DNA of 64,000 nt from an uncultured Verrucomicrobiota bacterium. Lineage in GTDB: Bacteria; Auribacterota; JABMQX01. The DNA is taken from NCBI GenBank assembly GCA_964640185.1, contig CAZXGF010000007.1:43452-107451 (forward strand), written 5' to 3'. This document shows positions 29,488 to 39,747 of this stretch, one piece after another. Positions within the stretch are counted from its first letter, which is position 1. The number at the start of each line of letters is the position of its first letter. Under the pieces are notes generated by a model that ran no database searches, had not been told where the DNA came from, and worked only from the letters and a program-made list of their open reading frames with translations. The translations under genes were made by a program, and so were the position numbers.

Positions 29488-31101
29488 ATGATGATAGTCA
29501 ACACCGTAGTGCTGGCTGCATGGGCAGCGTCGCTCTCGAGCGCGATCGGCAACGCTTACCTCGCCGGTGGGCTGGCTCTCGCAGCGGGGATAGTTATCGG
29601 TTATTGTGGGGGGCGGCTCATCGCCAAAAACAACCTGCGCTCCGCGGAGGAACAGGCGAAAAGAATCGTGGCAGACGCCGTTCGGGAAGCCGACCAGGAG
29701 AAGAAGAGACGTATCCTGGAAATCAAAGATGAAGAGTTAAGGGCTCGCGCTGGGTTCGAAAGGGAGACGCGGGAGAGTCGCCGCGAAATAAGGAAACTGG
29801 AAAAGCGCATCCAACAGAGGGAGGAGATCCTCGATAGAAAGGTGGACGTCCTTGAGAAGAAGGAAGAAACCGCAGCAAACAAGAACAGGGCTCTCCGGCA
29901 AAAGGAGTTGGAGCTGTCCAAAAGCGAGGAAGAACTGAAGCTTCTCCGGGAAAAGGCGAGCAAACAGTTGCAGAGGTTATCGGGATTGAGCCGGCAGGAG
30001 GCTCGAGAGATCCTTCTGTCGCGGATAAGGGAAGAGGTGCAGTCCGACGCCGCGACTCTCGTTCGCCGCATCGAAACCGAGGCCAGAGAGAAAGCCGACA
30101 AGGAGGCAAAGAATATCATCGCGCAAGCGATTCAGAGGTCTGCCTCCGACTTTGTGAGCGAGGCGACCGTCTCCACTGTCACCCTCCCGAACGACGAGAT
30201 GAAAGGGCGGATCATCGGCCGAGAAGGAAGAAACATCAGATGTCTGGAAGCGACAACCGGAATAGACATCATCATAGACGACACGCCAGAGGCGGTGGTT
30301 CTGTCAGGTTTTGATCCCGTCCGAAAACAGATCGCCAAAATATCTCTGGAGAGGCTCATGCTCGACGGCAGAATCCACCCCGCCCGCATCGAGGAGATCG
30401 TCGAAAAGGTCAAGAAAGAAATGGACACCACCATCCGCGAGGCGGGAGAGCAAGCCGCCTTCGATGTGGGTATCCACAATCTTCACCCGGAGTTGATAAA
30501 GCTGTTGGGGAAGCTGAAGTTTCGCACCAGCTATGGCCAGAATGTCCTTCACCATTCCATTGAAGTGGCCCGCCTCATGGGAATGATGGCCGCGGAACTG
30601 AACATAGATCCCCACATGGCGAAAAGAGCGGGGCTTCTTCACGACATCGGCAAGGCGGCCTCGCACGAAGTGGAAGGAGCCCACGCCCAAATAGGCGCTG
30701 ACTTCGCCAAGCGGTATCGAGAACATGCCACCGTGGTCAACGCCATCGCCGCCCACCACATGGAGGAGGAAGCAAAAAGTGTCATCGCCGTCCTGGCGCA
30801 GGCGGCTGACTCGCTGTCCGCCGCCAGACCGGGCGCCCGTTCAGAGACCCTCGAAATCTACGTGAAGAGACTCGAGAAGCTCGAGGAGATCGCCAACGCG
30901 TACCCGGGGATCGAGAGGGCTTACGCCATCCAGGCGGGCCGCGAGGTTCGCGTAATGGTCCAACCCAATAAGGTGGGCGATGACCAGATCGTCTTGATCT
31001 CGAGGGAGCTGGCCAAAAGGATCGAGAAGGAACTCGACTATCCCGGCCAGGTAAAAGTGACAGTTATCAGGGAAACGCGAGCCGTGGAGTTCGCGCGATG
31101 A
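29488..31101 (+). CDS. rny: Ribonuclease Y
   Basis: N-terminal TM helix and coiled-coil, KH domain ([12 protein letters not shown]), HD domain (HSIEVARL...HDIGKA). Confidence 0.95.
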   Translation: MMIVNTVVLAAWAASLSSAIGNAYLAGGLALAAGIVIGYCGGRLIAKNNLRSAEEQAKRIVADAVREADQEKKRRILEIKDEELRARAGFERETRESRREIRKLEKRIQQREEILDRKVDVLEKKEETAANKNRALRQKELELSKSEEELKLLREKASKQLQRLSGLSRQEAREILLSRIREEVQSDAATLVRRIETEAREKADKEAKNIIAQAIQRSASDFVSEATVSTVTLPNDEMKGRIIGREGRNIRCLEATTGIDIIIDDTPEAVVLSGFDPVRKQIAKISLERLMLDGRIHPARIEEIVEKVKKEMDTTIREAGEQAAFDVGIHNLHPELIKLLGKLKFRTSYGQNVLHHSIEVARLMGMMAAELNIDPHMAKRAGLLHDIGKAASHEVEGAHAQIGADFAKRYREHATVVNAIAAHHMEEEAKSVIAVLAQAADSLSAARPGARSETLEIYVKRLEKLEEIANAYPGIERAYAIQAGREVRVMVQPNKVGDDQIVLISRELAKRIEKELDYPGQVKVTVIRETRAVEFAR

Positions 31102-31213
31102 GCTTCCGCTGCGCGCTCGGATAGGGAGACACGCAATCTCGTCGGCAGGGCCGACATGAAGGCGTGCAAAAACGGCGTGTGCTGCATCATTTTTCTTTAG
31201 ACTGAGAGGTGAA

Positions 31214-32038
31214 ATGAATATCCTTTTCGCGGGAGATATTGTCGGGAAGCCGGGAAGAAGAGCCATCGAATCGCTCTATGCGGGCATTAAGGAGCAGCAC
31301 TCCATTGACCTATTCATTGCCAATGGCGAAAATGCCGCTGGCGGCTCGGGCATAACCGCTGACATAGTCTGGCGGCTTCACTCTTTCGGCGTTGATGTCA
31401 TTACCATGGGCGACCATGTCTGGAGAGAAAAGAACATTCTGGAGGTCATTGACGAGGATTTCCGGCTGGTCAGGCCCGCCAATTTCCCCCCGGGAACGCC
31501 GGGGCGGGGGAGCACCGTCGTGGACGTCCCCGGACGAGGTAAAGTCGGCGTAATTAACGTCCTCGGACGAACACTTATGCTTCGCCTACCCCTGGATTGC
31601 CCTTTCCGGGCCGCGGAGAGAGAGCTCGAGCAGATAAGGAATGAAACGAAGGTCATCATCGTTGATGTCCACGCGGAGGCGACGTCTGAGAAGCTGGCTT
31701 TCGGCCGGTTTCTGGAAGGCAGAGTATCTGCTGTGATAGGAACGCACACGCACGTTCAAACCGCCGACGAGGTTGTCCTCGAAGGGGGCACTGCCTATAT
31801 CACCGATTGCGGCATGACCGGGCCGTTCCGTTCCATCCTGGGAAGGGAGATTGAGCCGGTCCTGAAGAGTTTTGTGACCAGGATGCCCGCCTACTTTAGG
31901 GTGGCAAAAGAAGACGTGCGGTTGACGGGAGTGATTTTGGAAATTGATGAGACCACCGGCAAGGCTCGTCGAATCGAGAGAATCCAGGTGAGGCAGGAAG
32001 AACAAGCAAAAGGCGTCGCGGAGAATCGGAAATCATGA
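31214..32038 (+). CDS. ymdB: YmdB-like metallophosphoesterase (TIGR00282 family)
   Basis: MNILFAGDIVGKPGR...GENAAGG...DVHAEATSEK. The conserved rny-ymdB pairing is a known arrangement in Firmicutes and others. Confidence 0.85.
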   Translation: MNILFAGDIVGKPGRRAIESLYAGIKEQHSIDLFIANGENAAGGSGITADIVWRLHSFGVDVITMGDHVWREKNILEVIDEDFRLVRPANFPPGTPGRGSTVVDVPGRGKVGVINVLGRTLMLRLPLDCPFRAAERELEQIRNETKVIIVDVHAEATSEKLAFGRFLEGRVSAVIGTHTHVQTADEVVLEGGTAYITDCGMTGPFRSILGREIEPVLKSFVTRMPAYFRVAKEDVRLTGVILEIDETTGKARRIERIQVRQEEQAKGVAENRKS

Positions 32039-33333
32039 CGCGGCAACGCATCAGCGGCCAAAAGGGGGCGGCGAAAATCTACTCCGTCTCCGAATTGACC
32101 CGCGATATAAAGGTTTTGCTGGAGACAAGGTATCCGACGGTCTGGGTGGAAGGAGAAATATCGAATTTCCGCGTTTCGCCGACCGGGCACGGGTATTTCA
32201 CCCTCAAAGACGAGTTCAGCCAGATCGCCGCGGTGGCCTTCAGGTCACAGCTCCGCCGCCTCCCCGTCGCTTTGAAAGACGGCATGAGGGTTGTCGTCTC
32301 CGGCAGCATAGGCGTTTACGAGAGGCGAGGGGAGTATCAGATCATCGTATCGAAGGTCGAGGAAAAGGGCGTCGGCGCCCTGCAAATCGCCTTCGAAAAG
32401 CTGAAAAGGAAATTGTTCGAGGAAGGGCTGTTCAGTCCTGAGCACAAAAAAGCTATTCCGCTCTTTCCGCAGCGGATAGGCGTGGTGACCTCCCCGACGG
32501 GGGCCGCAATCCGCGACATTCTCAACGTCCTCGAGAGAAGGTTCTCGAATCTGCATATCATCCTCCATCCGGTAAGAGTGCAGGGCGACGAAGCCGCCGG
32601 TGCGATCGCCTCCGCCCTTGCCGATTTCAATGGCGCCGCGGCGCCAAATGTTGATGTCATCATCGTCGGAAGGGGAGGCGGAAGTCTGGAGGACCTGTGG
32701 GCTTTCAACGAGGAAATCGTTGCCCGCGCGATATTCGCTTCGGAACTGCCCGTCATCTCCGCCGTGGGACATGAGATAGACTGGACTATAAGCGATTTCG
32801 TCGCCGACGTCAGGGCGCCGACTCCCTCGGCCGCGGCGGAGCTCGTTATAGGACGGAAGGAGGAAATCGCCGGGCGGATCACCGCTTTGCGGGAGAGGCT
32901 TTATCATTACGCCTCAGCTCTTGTGGGGGAGTACCGCAGAAGGGTTGACGTGGCGAAACAGAGCTACGTCTTTCGTGAGCCGGGCAATTTGATCAAACAA
33001 TACCAGCAGCAGGTTGACGAGCTTCTGGGGAGATTGAGCCTCCTCTCCCGCCACCGCCTTGAGATGTCCGCCCAAAGGGTGAGGAGTCTGACCGGCCGTC
33101 TGGAATCGCTCAATCCGGAGGGCGTCCTCGCCAGAGGATATAGTATAACCGTCAATGTCGCCGATGGCGCCGTAGTATCGCGTGTGGCCGGTGCCAGAAT
33201 GGGCGCACAAGTCAAGACGCTTGTCACAGACGGCTCGTTCACTTCCCGCGTGACAAACGTTCGCCCGGGACATGTCAGCCGGAGAACAAAGAGCAATGAA
33301 AACTCACAGCGACAAGGAAGAGAAAAGCTTTGA
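32035..33333 (+). CDS. xseA: Exodeoxyribonuclease VII large subunit
   Basis: N-terminal OB-fold (VWVEGEISNF...GHGYFTLKD), catalytic core, C-terminal coiled-coil. Confidence 0.9.
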   Translation: MTRQRISGQKGAAKIYSVSELTRDIKVLLETRYPTVWVEGEISNFRVSPTGHGYFTLKDEFSQIAAVAFRSQLRRLPVALKDGMRVVVSGSIGVYERRGEYQIIVSKVEEKGVGALQIAFEKLKRKLFEEGLFSPEHKKAIPLFPQRIGVVTSPTGAAIRDILNVLERRFSNLHIILHPVRVQGDEAAGAIASALADFNGAAAPNVDVIIVGRGGGSLEDLWAFNEEIVARAIFASELPVISAVGHEIDWTISDFVADVRAPTPSAAAELVIGRKEEIAGRITALRERLYHYASALVGEYRRRVDVAKQSYVFREPGNLIKQYQQQVDELLGRLSLLSRHRLEMSAQRVRSLTGRLESLNPEGVLARGYSITVNVADGAVVSRVAGARMGAQVKTLVTDGSFTSRVTNVRPGHVSRRTKSNENSQRQGREKL

Positions 33334-33625
33334 GGCAGCCCTCAAAAGACTGGAGGAGATTGTCTCCGAGATGGAGCGGGGAGAACTCAAACTTGACGCC
33401 ATGCTCAAGAGGTTCGATGAAGGAATGCGGCTGGCCAAGTTTTGTTCCGGGAAACTTGAAGAAGCGGAGAAGAAAATCGAAATCCTCGTAAAGAAGGAGG
33501 ATGGAAGCTTCGAGGCTCGCGAGTTTTTGCCATCCGGGGAAGCTGCGCCCGCCGACGAAGGTTCACAAGAAGCTCCGAGCCGTGGCCAGGAAGATTCGGA
33601 TAAAGAGGAAGAGCCCTTGTTCTGA
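33296..33625 (+). CDS. xseB: Exodeoxyribonuclease VII small subunit (with acidic C-terminal tail)
   Basis: SFEAALKRLEEIVSEMERGELKLD...LEEAEKKIEIL. ATG at 33296 has a GGAGAA SD 9 nt upstream. Overlaps the xseA end. Confidence 0.8.
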   Translation: MKTHSDKEEKSFEAALKRLEEIVSEMERGELKLDAMLKRFDEGMRLAKFCSGKLEEAEKKIEILVKKEDGSFEAREFLPSGEAAPADEGSQEAPSRGQEDSDKEEEPLF

Positions 33626-33689
33626 GCGCAGAGGCGGGCAGCGTGCGCAACAATACCGCACCGGCCCCTTTGGGGAAGGGAGGGCACAA

Positions 33690-35591
33690 ATGGCTGGATA
33701 CTTGAACATGATAGATTCCCCCCAAGACCTGAAAAAACTGCACCCCAACCAACTCGAACGTCTCGCTCAGGAGATAAGAGAGAAGATTATTCGGGTTGTG
33801 TCTCGCACCGGCGGCCACATTTCCTCCAACCTCGGATGCGTGGAGTTGGCCATCGCCATTCACTACGTTTTCAACGCTCCCAATGACAAGATCATTTGGG
33901 ACGTCGGGCACCAAGCTTACGCGCACAAACTTATCACCGGGCGCAGAGAATCGTTTGCCACCATTCGTCAGTACGGAGGAATATCCGGCTTTCCACTGCG
34001 GGAGGAAAGCGACTACGATGCTTTTGGGACGGGACACAGCGGCACCGCCATATCCGCGGCCGTGGGAATGGCTCTGGCAAGAGACCTGAGGGGGAGCGAC
34101 GAGAATATCCTCGCAGTCGTGGGGGACGCGTCGCTGTGCGCGGGGCCCTCATTCGAAGCGTTGAACCACGCCGGCGGGGACGCCCGAAAGCTGATCGTTA
34201 TCCTCAACGACAACGAGATGTCCATTTCCCGGACGGTGGGTGCTCTGCCAGCTTATCTCAACAGGCTTATCACCACGCCCATCTACAACAAAATAGTCGC
34301 GGAGACCGATTATATCTTAGAGAAGATTCCCAATATCGGGCCGAGGATGATCCGTACCCGGAAAAGAATTCTGGAGAGTATAAAGAGGTTGATTGTTCCG
34401 GGAGCTTTCTTCGAGGAGATGGGGTTCCGCTATTTCGGGCCGGTTCACGGGCACGAACTCCGTTCCCTCATCCACATGCTCCAGCGGATAAAAGATAACA
34501 CTGGCCCGGTGCTCCTTCACGTCATCACCCGCAAGGGTAAAGGCTACAAATCCGCCGAGGAGAGACCGGAGGAGTTCCACAGCGCCGTCCCCTTCGACGT
34601 GGCTACGGGAAAAAAGAAGTCCGTCAGCGAAGAGCAATCTTTCTCGGAGGTTTTTGGAGAAACAGCCATAGAGCTCGCCGAGAAAGAGCCGAGCGTCGTG
34701 TGCATAACCGCTGCCATGGCAAAGGGGACGGGTCTGAACAGATTTCGGAAGCGCTTTCCTCAAAGGTTCGTTGACGTGGGCATCGCCGAGGAACACGCCG
34801 TCATCCTCGCAGCGGGTTTGGCAGCGTCCGGGTTCCGCCCGATCGTGGCAATCTATTCCACGTTTTTGCAGCGAGCCTTCGACCAGATTATTCACGATGT
34901 GTGCCTTCAGAAATTACCGGTGGTTTTTGCGATAGATCGAGCAGGCCTTTCTGGCGAAGACGGCCCAACTCACCACGGCGTCTTCGACCTTTCGTATCTG
35001 GGAATGATGCCGCAGATGACGGTAGCCGCCCCCAAGGATCGAAAAGAACTCAGGGATATGCTTCACTTCGCCGTGAAGCAGAAGGGGCCCGTTGCCATCC
35101 GATATCCGAAGGGGTCTGGCATGCCGGTCGAGGCCAGCGGCGAGGTCGAGACAATTGAAGCCGGAAAGGCGAAAGTCGAGAGAGAAGGCAGGGACCTCGC
35201 CATCGTTGCCCTGGGCAGCATGGTCGAGCACGCGCTCGCTGCCGCCACAGCCTTGCAACAGGGGGGCGTCTCGGCTATGGTCGTCAATGCCAGGTTTGCC
35301 AAGCCGCTCGACAGGGAGCTCCTCCGGCAAATCGCGGAAAAGATGGGCTATTTGGTTACAGTGGAGGAAAATGTTCTTGCGGGAGGCTTCGGCAGTCGCG
35401 TGGCGGAGCTTCTCGAAGGGGAGGGGCTTCGCTCGGCGAGGTTGCTGAGAATCGGCCTCCCCGATAAGTTTATCAAGCATGGCTCGCGGGCAATCCTCCT
35501 GGAGAAGGCGGGGCTGACCTCCTCGGGCATCGTCGAGAAAATCAAGGCAGCCTTTCCCATCAGAGGGCGGGTCGCTTCGCTGGGCTCATAA
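33690..35591 (+). CDS. dxs: 1-deoxy-D-xylulose-5-phosphate synthase
   Basis: Start at internal ATG 33690 (MAGYLNMIDSPQDLKKL). TPP motif GDG...NDN, WDVGHQAYAHK, transketolase C-domain. Confidence 0.95.
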   Translation: MAGYLNMIDSPQDLKKLHPNQLERLAQEIREKIIRVVSRTGGHISSNLGCVELAIAIHYVFNAPNDKIIWDVGHQAYAHKLITGRRESFATIRQYGGISGFPLREESDYDAFGTGHSGTAISAAVGMALARDLRGSDENILAVVGDASLCAGPSFEALNHAGGDARKLIVILNDNEMSISRTVGALPAYLNRLITTPIYNKIVAETDYILEKIPNIGPRMIRTRKRILESIKRLIVPGAFFEEMGFRYFGPVHGHELRSLIHMLQRIKDNTGPVLLHVITRKGKGYKSAEERPEEFHSAVPFDVATGKKKSVSEEQSFSEVFGETAIELAEKEPSVVCITAAMAKGTGLNRFRKRFPQRFVDVGIAEEHAVILAAGLAASGFRPIVAIYSTFLQRAFDQIIHDVCLQKLPVVFAIDRAGLSGEDGPTHHGVFDLSYLGMMPQMTVAAPKDRKELRDMLHFAVKQKGPVAIRYPKGSGMPVEASGEVETIEAGKAKVEREGRDLAIVALGSMVEHALAAATALQQGGVSAMVVNARFAKPLDRELLRQIAEKMGYLVTVEENVLAGGFGSRVAELLEGEGLRSARLLRIGLPDKFIKHGSRAILLEKAGLTSSGIVEKIKAAFPIRGRVASLGS

Positions 35592-35747
35592 GAAAAAGGC
35601 GAAGTGGCTGCCGACGGCTCGTTCCATTATCGAATTTCCGGCGGGACGCGGCGTGGAGGTCACCATCAAACCTGAGCAAGCGGGGGCTGCGTTTCTTCGC
35701 GAAAAAAAGAAACCAGTGGCTGCGAGAGAGCTGAATAGGTGAACCGA

Positions 35748-35951
35748 ATGGCAAGAGTGGTCGTCCAGCGAGACCGGTGCAAGGCCTGCGGCTACTGCGT
35801 CGCCTTTTGTCCGAAGAGTGTGCTGGCGATGTCCAATGACCTCAACATACGCGGCGTGCATTACGCTTGTGTGGTTGATAAAGACGCGTGTACGGGCTGC
35901 GCGATTTGCGGGATGGTCTGTCCCGACGTCGCCATAGAGGTGTACAGGTGA
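35748..35951 (+). CDS. 2x[4Fe-4S] ferredoxin (delta-type subunit of 2-oxoacid:ferredoxin oxidoreductase)
   Basis: Two CxxCxxCxxxCP motifs (CKACGYCVAFCP, CTGCAICGMVCP). ~67 aa. Confidence 0.8.
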   Translation: MARVVVQRDRCKACGYCVAFCPKSVLAMSNDLNIRGVHYACVVDKDACTGCAICGMVCPDVAIEVYR

Positions 35952-37009
35952 ATCCAAGAGTCCTGATGTGCGGCAACGACGCGATGAGTGAAGCCGCTGT
36001 GCGGGCGGGCTGCCGGTACTACTTCGGCTACCCCATTACCCCGCAGAACGAGGTCACCGCGTACATGGCGAGGCGGATGCCGGAGGTAGGCGGGACGTTC
36101 ATCCAGGCGGAGAGCGAAATTGCGGCGATAAACATGGTCTTTGGGGCGGCTGCGGTCGGGGCTCGCGCTATGACGTCCTCCTCAAGCCCGGGCATCAGCC
36201 TCAAGCAGGAAGGCATCTCCTATCTGTGCGGGTGTGAGCTGCCCGCCGTCATAGCGAACGTCGTCAGAGGCGGTCCCGGCCTCGGCAGCATCGGCCCGTC
36301 TCAGGCGGATTATTTCCAGGCGACACGCGGCGGAGGCCACGGGGATTATCGGACCATCGCTCTCGCTCCTTCCACTGTGCAGGAGCTGGTGGACCTGACC
36401 TTCCTCGCCTTCGGTCTGACCGAAAAGTATAGAAATCCCGCGCTCATTCTCTCCGACGGAATCCTCGGGCAGATGATGGAACCCGTCACTCTCCCCGATA
36501 TGGCAGATGCCGAACCGCCCCCGAAAGAATGGGCGTTGACAGGCGCCAAAAACCGCTCCCCGAGAGTGATTAAGTCTCTATACCTCGATGTCACCCGCCT
36601 GGAGAAGCACAACTTCAAGCTGAGGGAGAAATATCGTCGCATCGAGGAGGAGGAAACGCGGTTTGAGGAGTTCCGTATGAGGGACGCCGAGGTGGTGCTT
36701 GTCGCTTACGGGAGCGTGGCTCGCATCTGCCGCGCCGCTGTCCGCCAGGCAAGGGAAGCCGGAGAGAAGGTCGGTCTGTTCCGCCCCATCACGGTCTGGC
36801 CTTTTCCCTACGAGGCTCTGGCGCGCGCCGCCGATACTGCCCGACTGTTCCTCTCCCTTGAGATGAGCTTGGGGCAAATGGTCGAGGACGTGAAACTCGC
36901 TGTCGCAGGACGCAGACCTGTGCGGTTCTACGGCAGGACCGGCGGCTGCGTCATCGCCCTCGAAGAAGTAGTCAAAGAAATAAAAAAGCTCAGGGAAGAG
37001 ATTTCATGA
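35948..37009 (+). CDS. 2-oxoacid:ferredoxin oxidoreductase alpha subunit (KorA/PorA-like)
   Basis: The GTG at 35948 overlaps the ferredoxin stop, with a GAGGTG SD. Motifs GNDAMSEAAVRAGCRYYFGYPITPQNEV... Confidence 0.8.
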   Translation: MNPRVLMCGNDAMSEAAVRAGCRYYFGYPITPQNEVTAYMARRMPEVGGTFIQAESEIAAINMVFGAAAVGARAMTSSSSPGISLKQEGISYLCGCELPAVIANVVRGGPGLGSIGPSQADYFQATRGGGHGDYRTIALAPSTVQELVDLTFLAFGLTEKYRNPALILSDGILGQMMEPVTLPDMADAEPPPKEWALTGAKNRSPRVIKSLYLDVTRLEKHNFKLREKYRRIEEEETRFEEFRMRDAEVVLVAYGSVARICRAAVRQAREAGEKVGLFRPITVWPFPYEALARAADTARLFLSLEMSLGQMVEDVKLAVAGRRPVRFYGRTGGCVIALEEVVKEIKKLREEIS

Positions 37010-37794
37010 TGGAAGAAGGGAATGAGCGTTCACGGCGGGAACGACCTCAAGACAGCCCCGAGCGAAATGTACTCGGTAGGACGCCCTCGCTCAAAGACGT
37101 GCCGACGCATTTTTGTGCGGGATGTGGGCACGGCATCGTCCATCGGATGATCGCAGAAATCGTTGACGAGCTCGGCATCAGAGAGCGTGTCGTGGGAATA
37201 TCCCCGGTGGGGTGCGCGGTCATCGGATACGATTACTGGGATTTCGACGTCAGCGAAGCCGCCCACGGGCGCCCTCCTGCCGTAGCGACCGGCATGAAGC
37301 GAGCGCGTCCCGACCTTATCATTTTCACTTACCAGGGGGATGGCGACCTCGCCGCCATCGGGACTGCGGAGCTGATTCACACCGCTAACCGGGGCGAGAA
37401 CATTACCATCGTCTTCGTCAACAACGCAGTTTATGGTATGACCGGCGGCCAGATGGCGCCGACGACCCTGGAAGAACAGGTCACGAAAACGACCCCCGTC
37501 GGAAGAATCGTCTCGGACTGCGGGGCGCCGCTGAAAGTCCCCGAGATGATCTCGCCGTTTCCCGGCACGAAATATCTCGCCCGAACCGCCCTCAACAGCC
37601 CTAAGAACATCATGACCGCAAAGCGCTGTGTCAAAAAAGCTTTCAAGTGCCAGATAGATGGTGTCGGCTTCTCTCTCGTCGAGATCCTTTCGCCCTGCCC
37701 CACTTACTGGAGAGTCTCACCTCTGGATGCTCTGAAGTGGATTGAGGAAAAGATGATCCCCTATTTCCCCCTCGGCGAGATCAAGACACCGTAG
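37006..37794 (+). CDS. 2-oxoacid:ferredoxin oxidoreductase beta subunit (TPP-binding)
   Basis: CAGCGHG...GDGDLAAIG...NNAVYGMTGGQ. Start overlaps the alpha stop. Confidence 0.85.
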   Translation: MMEEGNERSRRERPQDSPERNVLGRTPSLKDVPTHFCAGCGHGIVHRMIAEIVDELGIRERVVGISPVGCAVIGYDYWDFDVSEAAHGRPPAVATGMKRARPDLIIFTYQGDGDLAAIGTAELIHTANRGENITIVFVNNAVYGMTGGQMAPTTLEEQVTKTTPVGRIVSDCGAPLKVPEMISPFPGTKYLARTALNSPKNIMTAKRCVKKAFKCQIDGVGFSLVEILSPCPTYWRVSPLDALKWIEEKMIPYFPLGEIKTP

Positions 37795-37859
37795 TGAAGC
37801 TTCGCGTAGCCGCCCTTGTGCTTCGCCGGCGCCCCGAGATCACCTGTCCTCCAGCTCGC

Positions 37860-38915
37860 TCATTGGCTGTTCGTCCCTCGAAAAAGGTGAATTGCCTGAG
37901 GTGACAGAAAGGCGGCTACCTCGGCGCCTTCCTTCAGCGAGAGTGCCTGCGCCTGAGCACGCGGAACCTCGGCACGAAACAGAGTTCCGCCAGCTCTAAG
38001 ATCAACGCGCATTGTCGAATCTCGCCGCAGAATTGACTCGACCCGCGCCACGACCTGTCCCTGTTGCGAAGAGGGCGGGGCAAGCCGCACTTCTGCCGCG
38101 CGAATGAGGACGCGGACGTCTCCTTCCGCAGGCTGGCTGGCCCGGAGGGTGAAGCCCCCGAATTCGAGGCGAGACCCGCTGCCTTCGGCCCTGGCTGTGC
38201 CGGTGAGGATTGTTCCCAAGCGGAACAACCTCGCCACACCGACGTCGGCGGGGGATTGGCAAACCTCCTCAGGAGTGCCCACCTGCACGAGGCGACCCTC
38301 TCGGAGGATGCCAACGCGGTCGGCGACTGCGCGCATTTCATCGAGGTCGTGGCAGACGTGGATTGTAGTGGTTTCCGTTTGATGCTGGATTCGCCTCAGT
38401 TCCGTGAGGATTACCTCGCTGGTCTCGTGGTCGAGCGCGCTGACCGGCTCGTCCAGCAGGAGAATCTTTGGCCTCCCTGCCAGCGCCCGGGCGAGTGCGA
38501 CACGCTGCCGCTCGCCCCCCGACAGCCCCTCAATACCCCGCCGCAGGAGACGTCGAATGCCAAGCATATCCGCGAGTTCGTTTACTCGTGTATTTCTCTG
38601 CAAGGGTCGGAAGCGCTGCACGCGAAGGGCGAACTCGATGTTTCTGCGAACCGTCCTCGCTGAAAAGAGCGCGTAGTCCTGGGGCACATAGCCGATGCCT
38701 CGGGCGCGTGGCTCGGAGCGCTCGACGCGTCGGCCATCAATCTCGATGTTACCACTTGAAAGACGGTTCAGCCCTGCAAGGCATTCCAGCAGCAGCGTCT
38801 TGCCGCTGCCCGGCTTGCCGAGCAGCACGAAATATTCTCTTCGCTCGACGTGCAGCGTCACGTCCCGAAGGGCGAAGTCGCCAACGACGAAGTTCAGCCC
38901 GTTTATTCCAATCAT
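37860..38915 (-). CDS. ABC transporter ATP-binding protein with C-terminal TOBE domain (ModC/molybdate-tungstate type)
   Basis: Walker A GKPGSGKT, signature LSGGERQRVALARAL, Walker B LLLDEP. A ~100-aa C-terminal TOBE-like domain. Confidence 0.8.
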   Translation of the reverse strand: MIGINGLNFVVGDFALRDVTLHVERREYFVLLGKPGSGKTLLLECLAGLNRLSSGNIEIDGRRVERSEPRARGIGYVPQDYALFSARTVRRNIEFALRVQRFRPLQRNTRVNELADMLGIRRLLRRGIEGLSGGERQRVALARALAGRPKILLLDEPVSALDHETSEVILTELRRIQHQTETTTIHVCHDLDEMRAVADRVGILREGRLVQVGTPEEVCQSPADVGVARLFRLGTILTGTARAEGSGSRLEFGGFTLRASQPAEGDVRVLIRAAEVRLAPPSSQQGQVVARVESILRRDSTMRVDLRAGGTLFRAEVPRAQAQALSLKEGAEVAAFLSPQAIHLFRGTNSQ

Positions 38916-38919
38916 TCCC

Positions 38920-39726
38920 TCACCACAACCTCTCTCCGCCGAAGAGGCGAATCAGAATGAGGGCAATGGTCGCCATCACTATCATGACCAGAGACACCGC
39001 AAGGGCAACCTCGATTCTCCCAATGGAAGTTTCGAGGTAAATGGTGGTGGGGAGGACTTCCGTTTTCATTCTGACCGCTCCGACAAAGACCAACATTGGC
39101 CCGAACAGGCCGAAGGCGCGAGCCCAGGTAAGGATCCCTCCCGCGATGACGCCGCCGCGAGCGTTTCTCAACGCCACACGCCGGAAAGCTTGGCCGCGAG
39201 TGCATCCGAGTGTGAGAGCGACATCTTCCTGTCGTTGGTCCACTTCATCGAATGTCGTCTTGACCGCCCGAATGCCGTAGGAAGCCGACACGAAGAACTG
39301 AGCCAGAACGATCCCCCTTCGCTGATAAACAAAATCCAGCCCGAGAGACTCCAGCCACAGACCGACACTCGTCCGGAAAAAAACCAACAGGCTTAACCCG
39401 ACCACCAGCGGCGGAAAAACTATCGGAAGGTCCACTATGGTGTCCGCGAGGATGCGCCCGGGAAACCGATAGCGGCTCAAAGCGTAACCCATGGGCACGG
39501 CAAAGATAATGGCTATCACCGTCGTCAGCGCCGAGGACCACAGGCTCAGAACCACCGCCGCGCGAATTTCCCGCGAGCGGAGCACCTCCCTCAGGGCGCC
39601 GACGTTGCTGTATGACACATCCGCGATAACCAGAGCAAGCACCATGACGAGAAACACAACAAGAAAAGCGAAAACTCCTACGGAGAACAACCGACTTCGA
39701 CGTCCACTGATGGGATGAGATGGCAT
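38920..39726 (-). CDS. ABC transporter permease (ModB-like)
   Basis: Multi-pass membrane protein with the EAA-loop region typical of ModB/CysT-type permeases. Confidence 0.75.
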   Translation of the reverse strand: MPSHPISGRRSRLFSVGVFAFLVVFLVMVLALVIADVSYSNVGALREVLRSREIRAAVVLSLWSSALTTVIAIIFAVPMGYALSRYRFPGRILADTIVDLPIVFPPLVVGLSLLVFFRTSVGLWLESLGLDFVYQRRGIVLAQFFVSASYGIRAVKTTFDEVDQRQEDVALTLGCTRGQAFRRVALRNARGGVIAGGILTWARAFGLFGPMLVFVGAVRMKTEVLPTTIYLETSIGRIEVALAVSLVMIVMATIALILIRLFGGERLW

Positions 39727-39747
39727 GGCGCGGCAATTCGCCCGCGG

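Noticed and set aside
33501-33689. ORF-track start of dxs at 33501 and of the NanA-like, PheS and sialidase ORFs at their first in-frame start codons
   Set aside because: Alignment logic against the known N-termini of these families, plus SD placement, supports the internal starts: 33690, 50765, 23463 and 48343.
35592-35747. Possible terminator after dxs (GCGGGGGCTGCGTTTCTTCGCG region)
   Set aside because: The sequence is not self-complementary on inspection, and no stem plus U-tract could be built.
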